From: Octopus vulgaris
Lineage: Eukaryota
Reading direction: 5' to 3'
NCBI GenBank assembly: GCA_951406725.2
Contig: OX597836.1
Span: 33,356,001-33,420,000, forward strand
DNA: 64,000 bases
Numbering within the stretch: position 1 is the first letter of the stretch; each line of letters starts with the position of its first letter. The position numbers and the translations under genes are program-made. The notes under the pieces were generated by a model. It ran no database searches, had not been told where the DNA came from, and was given only the letters and a program-made list of their open reading frames with translations. Positions 52,712 through 64,000 of the stretch are shown here, one piece after another.

Positions 52712-52942
52712 GGTGGCGAGCTGGTAGAAACGTTAGCACGCCGGGCGAAATGCTTAGCGGTATTTCGTCTGCGTTACGTTGTGAGTTCGAATTCCACTGA
52801 GGTCGACTTTGCCTTTCATCCTTTCGGGGGTCGATAAATTAAGTACCAGTTACGCACTGAGGTCGATGTAATCCACTTAATCCGTTTGTCTGTCCTTGTT
52901 TGTCCCCTCTGTGTTTAGCCCCTTGTGGGTATTAAACAAATA
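52712..52942 (+). mobile_element. SINE family B
   Basis: Full length, inside (GAT/GGT)n low-complexity DNA. Confidence 0.92.
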
Positions 52943-53564
52943 GGTGGATAACAATAATGATGATGGTGGAGGTAACAGGGTGGTGGTAATGGTGATAATG
53001 ACAATGGTGATGATGATGATCAAGATGAAGAAACAGGAAGGGCACATTGAACTATATGCTGTAAGATATGCAAAAACATGGGATGGGTAGGGACGAAATG
53101 CATTTGGTTATAATCACAATCAAGGTTGAGCAGAGCTAAATGACAACACCACAACCAATTGCACCATGACCATCACCACAAAATCTGATTCCCAATTAGT
53201 GGAAATAAACTTGCTATATTAATGATCCAACACCCGCCCACACACCTTCTATTTAACCCTAAATTTCTCTACAGAGAAACCATGAATATACAATAAACCA
53301 TGTCTCTGGTATAAACACATTTGCCCATGGCCAATTTCATAAAACTGATGTTTGATGGTTAATTAAGGAAGTCGTTAATTGCCAACTTAATAAACAATTG
53401 TTATAATGATTACAACTACAAACAAGCTTATCAAATCTTCAATGTTCAGAGCTAATTACTGGATTATAATCGTCAACACTGTATTTGTTGTTAGTAGTTA
53501 TTGAGCATTAAACTATCATTAAGTTTCATACTAAGCACTCACTAATATATACACATATACTCAT

Positions 53565-53951
53565 TACTCTCTCTCTTTTTTACTTGTTTCAGTCATTTGA
53601 TTGTGGCCATGCTGGAGCACCGTCTTTAGTCGAGCAAATCAACCCCAGGTCTTATTCTTTGTAAGCCTAATACTTATTCTATCGGTCTCTTTTGCTGAAC
53701 CGCTAAGTTACAGGGACGTAAACACACCAGCATCAGTTGTCAAGCAATGTTGGTGGGACAAACACAGACACACAAACATACACACACACACATACATACA
53801 AATATATATACATATATATACAATGGGCTTCTTTCAGTTTCCTTCTATCAAATCCACTCACAAGGCTTTGGTTGGCTCAAGGCTACAGTAGAAGGCACTT
53901 GCCCAAGGTGCTACGCAGTGGGACTGAACCCAGAACCATGTGGTTGGTAAA
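53565..53951 (-). mobile_element. SINE family A
   Basis: Match to family blocks. Confidence 0.9.
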
Positions 53952-54024
53952 CATATATGCCTCAAACATATTTCAACTAACCTAAACTTTGATTTCATAT
54001 ATATATATATATGAGTGTGATCAG

Positions 54025-54747
54025 TCAGAGCAGCTGACTGGCTTCCATGCTGGTGGCGCGTAAAAAGAACCATTCAAACGAGATCGTTGCCAGCGTCGCC
54101 TTACTGGCACTTGTGCTGGCGGCACGTGAAAAACACCACTTGAGCGTGGTGTACACACAAACATAAGCATATACATACATACACACAAACACGTATATAT
54201 AAACTCACACACCCACAAACATACATGCATATATTGGACACTAAACTCTGCTTGCAAAGACCAGTTGAGGCAAGTGAAATTGAAATCAAACTCGGTGACT
54301 GGCGTCCATTGCTAGTGGAGCGCTAAGAGTACCATATGAGTGAGATCGTTGCCAGAGCAACAAGCTGGCCTTTGTACCGATAACACGTAAAAAGCACCAT
54401 TCAAGCCTGATTGTTACCTGCATTGCCTTACTGGCATTTGTGCTGGTGCCACGTGTAAAAAATATTCGAGCGAGGTCGCTGCCAGTGCCGCTGGACTGGC
54501 TCCTGTGCAGGTGGCACATAAAAAGCACCATTTGAGCATGGCCGTTGCCAGTACCACCTAACTGGCCCTCATGCCGGTGGCACGTAAAAGCACCCACTAC
54601 AATCTTGGAGTGGTTGGCGTTAAGAAGGGCATCCAGCTGTAGGAACTCTGCCAGATCAGATTGGAGTCTGGTTCGCCAGACCTCAGTCAAATCGTCCAAC
54701 CCATGCTAGCCTGGAAAGCAGATGTTAAACGATGATGATGATGATGA
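54025..54747 (+). mobile_element. Family D element with internal ~65-bp tandem modules
   Basis: Repeated GGTGGCACGTAAAAAGCACC..CGTTGCCAG..CTGGC followed by the family D tail and (GAT)n. Confidence 0.8.
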
Positions 54748-55191
54748 TATGTAAATAAAAGGTGTAGGTTTGGCTAGGTGTAGACGTGGCTGTGAAGTAA
54801 GAGGTTTGCTTCCCAACCGCATGGTTCCGGGTTCAGTCCCATTGCATAGCACCTTGAATAAGAATCTTTCATTCTAACCTCAGGACAACCAAAGCTTTGT
54901 GAGTGGATTTGGTAGACGGAAACTAAAAGAAACCTGTTATGTGTGAGAGAGAGAGAGAAAAAGAACATCATGGGATAGTTGTAAAATGACTACCGTTCTT
55001 TGAAAACATGTCCGGTCATGAGAGAATATTACTTTCCTTGGAAATGGAGGAGGGCAGACAACAGAAAGGGCATCTGTCCACAGAAAGATCTACTTCAACA
55101 AATTCCATCTGACCCATGGACAACCATGGATCAAATGGACATTAAAATGATGATAACGATGACAATTTTTATACATACATACATACACATA

Positions 55192-55417
55192 TAAGTTCAG
55201 CAAAATTTATATTCAGATGAATATGGTACTTAAGTCAAAGGCACCAGAATTTTGTATGGTATTATCCGTATAAATCAAATGGGGTGATTATAATCAAAAT
55301 AAGCAACAAGTATATCCGAGGTAAAACTGATGTAATGCTTACAGTGTTTAATAAAATGAAATGGCATGAAACGATCGTACCACATTACCTCGGATATACT
55401 TGTTGCTTATTTTGATT

Positions 55418-55420
<3 letters not shown>
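55192..55420. mobile_element. P3 element, head-to-head inverted structure with 3' half of the hammerhead
   Basis: Minus copy 55192-55324, plus segment 55322-55420; 36-bp perfect inverted repeat; GAAAC-GATC-GTA-CCAC at 55368-55383. Confidence 0.78.
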
Positions 55421-55450
<30 letters not shown>

Positions 55451-56134
55451 CATACATATATATACACACACACACCATATATGTACATACAGTATCATTT
55501 ACAAGTAAAAAGCATTCAATACATCTAATAATTATATAAACTAATCATGTTCCTTAATGTGTGTGTGTGTGTGTGTGTGCATGTATACACACACACACAC
55601 ACACACACACAAAGGGACAGGAAAAGTCTTCTAAGTACCATGATCTTAGTTAAATATTTATCTAGATTCTACCATTTGATATTAAGCACTTTGATTCAAC
55701 CTTTTGGCATTTGGATTACTCGGTTGAATGTTAATCTTATTTATCCACATTTATTTCGCATTAATCATGCATTGTCTCCTCCTAGTGGTAAAAATTTCAG
55801 TAAGGTGGTGGTTTATTCTTAGAACGACATTGTGGGGTCGGTGTGAGAGGCTGGATCTAGTCGGTCTGATTATGAAACAGGCAGAATATTTTGGGCCTGA
55901 TGTGACTGATTTATATGCAACATAGTTAAATTGTATACAGCTACTTAAACGTGTGTGTGTGTATGTGTGTGTTCACGAGATCAGACACTTCAAAAATGAA
56001 CTTGTTCAGTGTATGCATGTGTGTGTGTGTGTGTTTGCATGCACGACTGCATGAATGAAGTACTGTATGTAGATGTGTGCATTTGTCTATGTATGTCCGC
56101 CAGTATATATATTTGTGTGTATTTGTGTGTGAAA

Positions 56135-56548
56135 GGCGGCGAGCTGACAGAAACGTTAGCACGCCGGGTGAAATGTGCAGCCGTATTTCGTCTGCCATTA
56201 CGTTCTGGGTTCAAATTCCGCTGAGGTCGACTTTGCCTTTCATCATCTCGGGGTCGATAAATTAAGTATCAGTTTCGCACTGGGTTGATGTAATTGACTT
56301 AATCCGTTTGTCTGTCCTTGTTTGTCCCCTCTGTGTTTAGTCCCTTGCGGGTAGTAAAGAAATAGGTATTTCGTCTGCTGCTACGTTCTGAGTTCAAATT
56401 TTGCCGAGGTCGACTTTGCCTTTCATCATCTCGGGGTCGATAAATAAAGTATCAGTTTTGCACTGGGATCGATGTAATCGACTTAATCTCTTTGTCTATC
56501 CTTGTTTATCCCCTCTGTGTTTAGCCCCTTGTGGGTAGTAAAGAAATA
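56135..56548 (+). mobile_element. SINE family B with tandem duplication of its 3' ~185 bp
   Basis: 56365-56548 repeats ~56183-56364. Confidence 0.9.
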
Positions 56549-56965
56549 TATATATATTTGTGTGTTAGTGTAAGTGTCCGATGAAGCATGAATATGTTTG
56601 ACCATGTGTGACGAAGTGCATTGTGTGTGTTGGTGACCGTGCTGGTGTCACACAAATAAAAGAAGAAAGCCCGAGTACGCTTTGTGGCTGGTGGTACGTG
56701 GGGCATCCAGCCAATGAAACCATGCCTGAGCAGCCAGTAGATCTTGGTGCAATCCTCCGACACATGACAGCATGAAAAGCAGATGTTAAAAATTGTATGT
56801 GCATGTCTAATCTAATGTGACATAAATAATTGCTCCATAAATAGCAAACAACAGATGTTTGGAGTTGCGATATTAATAAATAATAATACATTAGAAAACA
56901 GACTTCGATAACTCAGAAAAATCTCATAAAACAAACACCGTGACGTTAGACGTTAGTTTACTCAC

Positions 56966-57063
56966 CATTTTCCAAGTGAGAACACGGACTCTACCATATT
57001 TTCCAGCATACAAGACAACAAAGCATAGAGTGTAAAAATGTCATGTAACCATTCCAACATCAT
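56966..57063 (-). CDS. Candidate short coding exon (MMLEWLHDIFTLYALLSCMLENMVESVFSLGK|), product unknown
   Basis: Unique sequence; in-frame upstream stop; consensus donor ATG|GTGAGT; no homology recognised. Confidence 0.25.
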
Positions 57064-57151
57064 TACTATCTTTCCAAATCTTGTTGCATTTCACATGGAA
57101 TTTTGGATCCTCTAAAACTGTCTTGGTGTATAAATCAACCAACTATATTTT

Positions 57152-57515
57152 AGTGGCTGTGTGGTAAGTAGCTTGCTTACCAACCACATGGTTCCGGGTT
57201 CAGTCCCACTGCGTGGCACCTTGGGCGAGTGTCTTCTACTATAGCCTCGGGCCAACCAAAGACTTGTGAGTGGATTTGGTAGACGGAAACTGAAAGAAGC
57301 CCGTCGTATATATGTATATACATGTGTGTGTGTTTGTCCCCCAACATTGCTTGACAACTGATGCTGGTGTGTTTGCATCCCCGTAACCTAGCGGCAAAAG
57401 AGACCAATAGAATAACTACTAGGCTTACAACGTTTAAGTCCTGGGGCCAAGTTCCTCGACTAATGGCGGTGCTCCAGCATGGCCGCAGTCAAATGACTGA
57501 AACAAGTGAAAGAGT
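57152..57515 (+). mobile_element. SINE family A
   Basis: Near full length. Confidence 0.9.
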
Positions 57516-58071
57516 AGGATGGGTCAGGCAACACACACAGTTTTCTCATTAGTAAAACAGTATTTAAAATGGTATACATTCTCAAATCTGACAGACTTGT
57601 AGGAGACATGACATGTATGATTAATTTATTGTGTGAGTGTGTGTGTGTAGAAATGTGTGCACACACACATAAACATTCATGTGTATATAGATATGATGAC
57701 AGAAAAAAATAGGGATACATATTTGCTTGAGAATGTGTGTGTGTGCATGCGTGTACATGCACATGTAGGCATGCATGCGCACACATGTGCACGGGTAGAC
57801 ATCCATGATAGAGTGGATACACATGCAGAAATAGATGGGTCTTGGGTCAGATAGCCAAATAGATTGCTAGGGAATAAGAACCCATATACACACACACACA
57901 CACACATCAAATTAAATACACAGCTGAAAAAGCTACTAATAGTTTCATGCTATTATGATACTTGAGTAGGAATATTTATAAAACATGCCATGTGTCTTAA
58001 AGCAATCTTTCAGCTCTGATTATGTGTTGTGCATGTGTATATTATATATATATATATATATATACATACAG

Positions 58072-58480
58072 GGTGCAGGAGTGGCTGTGTGGTAAGTAGC
58101 TTGCTTATCAACCACATGATTGTGGGTTCAGTCCCACTGCGTGGCATCTTGGTCAAGTATCTTCTAATATAGCCTCGGGCCGACCAAAGCCTTGTGAGTG
58201 GAATTGGTAGATGGAAACTGAAAGAAGCCCATCGTATATATGTGTATATATATATGTGTGTGTGTGTGTGCTTGTGTGTCTGTGTTTGTCCCCCTAGCAT
58301 TGCTTGACAACTGATGCTGGTGTGTTTACGTCCCCGTAACTTTGCGGTTCAGCAAAAGAGACCGATAGAATAAGTACTAGGCTTACAAAGAAGAAGTCCT
58401 GGGGGTTGTCGATTTGCTCGACTAAAGGTGGTGCTCCAGCATGGCCGCAGTCAAATGACTGAAACAAGTAAAACAGTAAA
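58072..58480 (+). mobile_element. SINE family A
   Basis: Full length. Confidence 0.9.
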
Positions 58481-58953
58481 AAAAAAAAAGAGCATACACA
58501 CAAACATACATGTTCATCTTTTCTTTACAACAGTGTGTGTGTGTATATATATATGGATGTATATTATGTTGAAAGGTAGGTAGATAATTAAATTGTAGGG
58601 ATGGAGTGATTGCTTGATGACAAAGTACTTAGATACAAAATGATGCACACACACACACAAAGATGTGCAACAGAAAGATAAATAAATGAAGGAAAGGATA
58701 GAGAGCCAGCTAACGAGGCAAACAGGTAGAGAAGAGTGTATGTGTGTGTGTACATATATATATATACACATACTTGGTACAGTTGTAGTGGTGTGGCTAA
58801 GAAGTTTGCTTCCGAACCACATGGTTCCGGGTTCAGTCCCACTGAGCAATTTCTTGGGCACTTGTCTTCTACTATAGCCTTCAGCCAACCAAAGCCTTGT
58901 GGGCAGATTTGATAGATGGATACTGGAAGAAGCCCTTTGCATGTGCTTGTGTG

Positions 58954-58993
<40 letters not shown>

Positions 58994-59087
58994 ATTTTTT
59001 AATTCTTTTACTTGTTTATGTCATTTGACTGCGGCCATGCTGTAGCACTGCCTCTAGTCGGACAATTCAACCCCAGGACTTATTCTG

Positions 59088-59301
59088 AGCATGGCTGTTG
59101 CCAGTACCGCCTGAATGGCACATAAAAGCACCCACTACACTCTCGGATCGGTTGGTGTTAGGAAGGGCATGCAGCTGTAGAATCTCTGCCAGATCAGATT
59201 GGAGCCTGGTGCAGCCATCTGGTTCGCCAGTCCTCAGTCAAATCGTCCAACCCATGCTAGCATGGAAAGCAGATGTTAAACGATGATGATGATGATGATG
59301 A
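59088..59301 (+). mobile_element. Family D element, 3' part
   Basis: Tail CCAACCCATGCTAGCATGGAAAGCAGATGTTAAAC(GAT)n. Confidence 0.85.
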
Positions 59302-59403
59302 CCACTGGGGTTGATTCATTTAACTAAAATTTCTCCAAGGCAGTGCCCCAGCATGGGCAGCAGCCTAATAACCGAAGTGGGTAAAAGATATATATATATA
59401 TAT

Positions 59404-59629
59404 AGTATGAGCCACCTATATTTACTGCAATTTTTGTAGCTTTATTAAAGATGTCCTCATATGAAACAATTGTACCGATATATTGATCCATTCTTGTTGC
59501 TCATTTCCTATTTGTAATCACCCCACTTTGTCGTATGGTTAACACCATATAGATTTCCGGTGCATCCTAGTTAAGGACCATATTCATGTGAATTCATTAG
59601 AACTCACTTGAATCTCAATTGCTTAAACC

Positions 59630-59632
<3 letters not shown>
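59404..59632 (+). mobile_element. P3-related element, 5'-truncated inside the hammerhead
   Basis: GTATGAG..CTCATAT-GAAAC-AATT-GTA then shared downstream motifs; TA-flanked. Confidence 0.7.
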
Positions 59633-59669
<37 letters not shown>

Positions 59670-60250
59670 CATTTAGAGGACTAAATTTTGTATTTAAAAG
59701 AATTTTTTAATCTTCGGATTTTTTAAAATTTTCTAGGCCACTGGTTTTAATTGTTTAATATCAATTTCTACCTTTATTTGATTTTTTATATATACATATA
59801 TATATTTCTCCTCTACCCCCAAAATGTAGAATTCCTTACTTAGATATTTAAATTCCAACACAAATATGAACCTCAGGATAAGATATAATTAGAAAGAAAA
59901 TAAAAAAAGACAGCGAAGATATTATAATGAAAGCAAGCAACAGGTCCTGGTCATACATGATGTAATGTTGTCTTTTCCTCACCACATAATTACTTCTAAT
60001 TAACTCAGCTAATGTGCTGCCTCTACATTAGACGTGCAAATGCTAATGTAAACTGTTTATCTGATAAGCTTTGTTGTTTTTTCATCTCCTCCTACTGCTT
60101 CCATTCCTGGTTATATACCATTTAACCGAAGCCTCTGTTTGCATTCCATGTTTAGAATAATATTTATTCAAATAATCTCAGCCTTAGAATGAACATCATC
60201 AACATCATTATCATCATCATCATTATTATTATTATTATTATTATTATTAA

Positions 60251-61440
60251 GGAGACGAGCTGGCAGAATCGTTAGCATGCCCGGCGAAATGCTTAGCGGT
60301 ATTTCATCTGCCATCTGCCGCTACGTTCTGAGTTCAAATTCTGCCGAGGTCGACTTTGCCTTTCATCCTTTTGGGGTCAATTAAATAAGCACCAGTTACG
60401 CACTGGGGTTGATATAATCGGCTTAATCCATTTGTCCTTGTTTGTCCTCTCTGTGTATGGCCCCTTGTGGGTAGTAAAGAAATAAGTATTTCACCCATAG
60501 ATATGTTCTGAGTTCAAATGTCGCTGAGGTTAACTTTGCCTGGTATCCTTTCAGGGTTGATAAAATAGGTACCAGTGAAACACTGGGGTTGATGTAATTG
60601 ACTAGTCCCCTCCTCCACAATTCCAGGCCATGTGCTTTTAGTGGAAAGGATCATTGTCCTTATTAAGGCAGCGAGCTGGCAGAATCGTTAGCATGGTGGG
60701 GAAAATGCTTAGCGGCATTTTGTTCGTCTTTACATTCGGAGTTCAATTTTGCCTTTAATCCTTTCAGGGTCAATAAAGTAAGTACCAGTGAAATACTGAG
60801 GTTGATGTAATTAACTAGACCCCACCCACCAAATGTCAAGCCTTGTGCCTTCAGTAGAACAAATTATTATTATTATTATTATTATTATTTATTGCCCACA
60901 GAGGGCTAAACATCGAGGGGACAAACAGGAACAGAGAAATGGTTTAAGTCGATTACATCGACCCCAGTGTGTAACTGGTACTTATTTTATCAACCCCGAA
61001 AGGATGAAAGGCAAAGTCGACCTCAATGGAATTTGAACTCAGAACATAACGGCAAACGAAAAACCGCTAAGCATTTCGCCCAGCATGCTAACGATTCTGC
61101 CAGCTCACCATCCTATTATTATTATTATTATTATTATTATTAAGGTGGTGAGCTAGTAGAATCATTACCACACTGGAGAAAATGCTGCTCCTTTGCTAAG
61201 TGCTGTGTGTACATATATTGTATACATGGCACTCAAAGCGTTAATAATAATAATAATAACCTTTTTCTATAGGTATAAGGCCTGAAATTCGTGGGGAGAA
61301 GACTAGTACTTAATTTATTGGGCCCAAAAGAATGAAAGGCAACGTCAGCCTCGGCGGAATTTGAACTCGGAACGTAGCGATGGACGAAATGCCACCGAGC
61401 ATCTCGCCCAGCTCATTAATGATTCTGCCATCTCGCCGCC
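60251..61440. mobile_element. Cluster of SINE B copies in (TAA)n tracts
   Basis: Plus at 60251-60640, 60666-60860 and 61143-61185; minus at 60888-61113 and ~61260-61440. Confidence 0.85.
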
Positions 61441-61474
<34 letters not shown>

Positions 61475-61812
61475 TAATGACAACAACTCGAGGTTTTGCG
61501 ACGAAGAGAGAAGTGTCGGCTTTGAATAAATGAATAAATTCCAGCTCCATTTAACGAGGTTTGTCTCTCGTTTATAAAATCAGACGTATTTGCATTTTTA
61601 TATATATGTGGTCGTGTGCGGATGGGTGTGCAATCAATACATGGGATAATTCAATGAAATGGCTACAGCAGATATTTGTGAACTCACAACCAACGTAATT
61701 GTTAATACTTAATTGGAGTCAGACAGACACACGGACAGAAAATTACAGTCATAGCAACACTTGCCTGCATATATACATATATATATACATATATATATAC
61801 ATATATATATAC

Positions 61813-61851
<39 letters not shown>

Positions 61852-61965
61852 TTGAAATGATTTTTTTTTCCTTTCGTTTTGCAGTATTAGTATCTCGTCC
61901 ATGCTTATGATACACACACACACACATGTATACACCCACACAAATGAAATACATGAACAAACAGA

Positions 61966-62899
61966 GCGTCCCATAAGCGAGTCAGCTTTGTAAGTAGTTT
62001 CTAATTGATATGCCTGAAAAACTTATGGGACATGATACGCACAAGCAGAATACATGTACATACGGTGTTCCATAAGTGAGTCAGCATTGTAAGGAGTTTA
62101 TAACCGGTATGCCTGAAAATCTTATGGGACATAACACACTTATACTTGTGCACATTTATTCGGAAATTATACACGCATGCATGCACACATACACACACAC
62201 ACGCATGCATGCACACCCACACAAGTGAAATACAGGCACATACTCAGCGTTTCATGAGCAAGTCAGTATTATAAGGTATTTGTAATTGATAAGCCTGAAA
62301 AACTTATGGGACATCTCACACACATGCACACAAACTACATGCACATTCAGTGTTCCATAAGCAAGTAAGCATTGTAAACAGCTTATAATTGATATACCTG
62401 AAAAACTTATGGGACGCAATGCACTCACACACACACACAGAGATGAAACGCATATGCACTACAAATACACAGCGTTCCATAAGTAAGTCAGCATTGCAAA
62501 GAGTTAATAATTGATATGCCTGAAAAACTTATGGGACATAATGCACACATACACACGCGCATGTGCACACACACACACAGATGAAAGACACATATATGAA
62601 AAGCACACACGCACGTGCACACACACACAGAAATGAAAGACATGAAAAGTGCACACACAAATGTACACATACATGCACAAACACATACACACACACACAC
62701 ACACATGCAAATACATGTTCCATAAGTAAGTCAGCATTGCAAAGGGTCTATAATTCATACACCTGAGAAACTTACGGGACGTAATGTAACACACACACAC
62801 ACACACAAGTGAAAAGCACACACACACACAGTGTTCCACAAGTAAGTCAGCATTGCAAAAGAGTTTATAATTCATACGCCTGAAAAACCTATGGGACAT
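61966..62899. repeat. Array of seven 68-69-bp units with inverted-repeat ends, separated by variable CA-rich spacers
   Basis: Units start at 61966, 62065, 62247, 62350, 62472, 62715 and 62831; consensus GYGTTCCATAAGYAAGTCAGCATTGYAAAGAGTTTATAATTGATATGCCTGAAAAACTTATGGGACAT. Confidence 0.9.
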
Positions 62900-63136
62900 G
62901 TGTGTGTGTGTAAGCAAACACACACACACACACACAGCTCCTTCCCTCGTATATCATCACGTATGTAATTTCATATTCAGTCTCCTTCGTTACACGTCTC
63001 TATTCCATTCACCTGCACCAGTACAGTAATATCAGTATGGTTGTTACTATCACCACTGCCATTACTACTACTACTACTACTAACAACAACACATTGTTCG
63101 TTTTCCCCCCTCAGCTTCTTTGCTACATTACAGTCA

Positions 63137-63431
63137 TCATCATCATCATCATCATCATTTAATGTCCGCTTTCTGTGCTAGCATGGGTTGGAAGCCAGGA
63201 GGCTGCACCAGGCTCCAGTCTGATCTGGCAGTGTTTCTACAGCTGGATGCCCTTCCTAACACCAACCACCCCGTGAGTGTAGTGGGTGCTTCTTACGTGC
63301 CAGGCGAGGCTGGCAACGGCCATGATCGGTTGGTGCTTTTTACATGCCACTGGCACAGAGGCCAGTCGAGGCGGCGCTGGCAACGGCCACGTCTGGATGG
63401 TTCTTTTACGTGCCACCGGCACTGGTATCCC
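63137..63431 (-). mobile_element. Family D element
   Basis: (CAT)n then the reverse complement of the tail and about two modules. Confidence 0.82.
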
Positions 63432-63508
63432 AACTACAATTTCCATTGATTTTTTATCAACAATATTTATTATATGAGAAATCATTATTATTTTTATTAT
63501 TAATAATA

Positions 63509-63950
63509 AGGTGCCAAGATGGCAGAATTGTTAGCACACTGGATGAAATGCTTAGCGGTATTCCGCCCGTCGCTACGTTCCGAGTTCAAATTCTGCCGAG
63601 GTCAACTTTACCTTGCATCCTTTCAGGGTTGATAAAATAAATACCAGTTGAATACTGGGGATCGATGTAATCAACTCATCCCCTCCCCCAAAATGGCTGC
63701 CCTTGTGGCTAAATCTGAAACCCTTATTATTATTATTATTCTTAAGGTGGTGAACTAGCAGAATCATTAGCACGCTGGGGAAAAATGCGTAGCGATATTT
63801 CACCTGTCGCTACGTTCCGAGATCAAATTCAGCAGAGGTCGACTTTATTTTTCATCCTTTCAGGGTCAATAAAATTAAGTACCAGTGAAACACTGGGGTC
63901 GATGTAATCAACTAGTCCCTTCCACCCTCAAAATTTCAGGCTTTGTGCCT
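63509..63950 (+). mobile_element. Two SINE B copies (63509-63710, 63745-63950)
   Basis: Heads follow (TAA)/(TTA) runs. Confidence 0.82.
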
Positions 63951-64000
63951 TTAACAAAAAAGATTATCATTATTCTGTCACATCTTATATTTATTTATTC

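Noticed and set aside
52536-53030. Acidic/Gly-rich ORF
   Set aside because: Degenerate (GAT/GGT)n low-complexity tract after a family D-like tail.
61966-62899. Repeat-spacer array as CRISPR
   Set aside because: Repeats are too long (68 bp) and degenerate; spacers are unequal, mutually related and microsatellite-derived; no cas genes.

Overview
Eukaryotic, repeat-saturated non-coding DNA. It is very AT- and microsatellite-rich, and its SINE families resemble those I recall from Octopus (octopod cephalopod); that assignment is inference, not a database result. I find no intact protein-coding gene. Almost all ORFs in the track are artefacts of (TA)n/(CA)n tracts or of SINE copies. The window holds about 40 copies or fragments of tRNA-headed SINE family A, about 20 of SINE family B, three tRNA-Arg-like SINEs that share head and body but have three different tails, (GAT)n-tailed RTE-type elements, mariner, piggyBac-like, Merlin-like and other MITE remnants, an RT fossil, a 5'-truncated tRNA-Asp, a 14 x 86-bp satellite with 5-unit higher-order structure, and a few weak candidate exons. 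The most notable structure is a set of at least five families of short elements sitting in (TA)n tracts that carry type I hammerhead-ribozyme motifs. These show covarying helices, a palindromic helix III and inverted terminal duplications, consistent with Penelope-like or retrozyme-type elements. There is also an unusual array of seven 68-bp palindrome-ended units with variable spacers at 61966-62899. All folds and alignments were done by eye, and many element boundaries are approximate.
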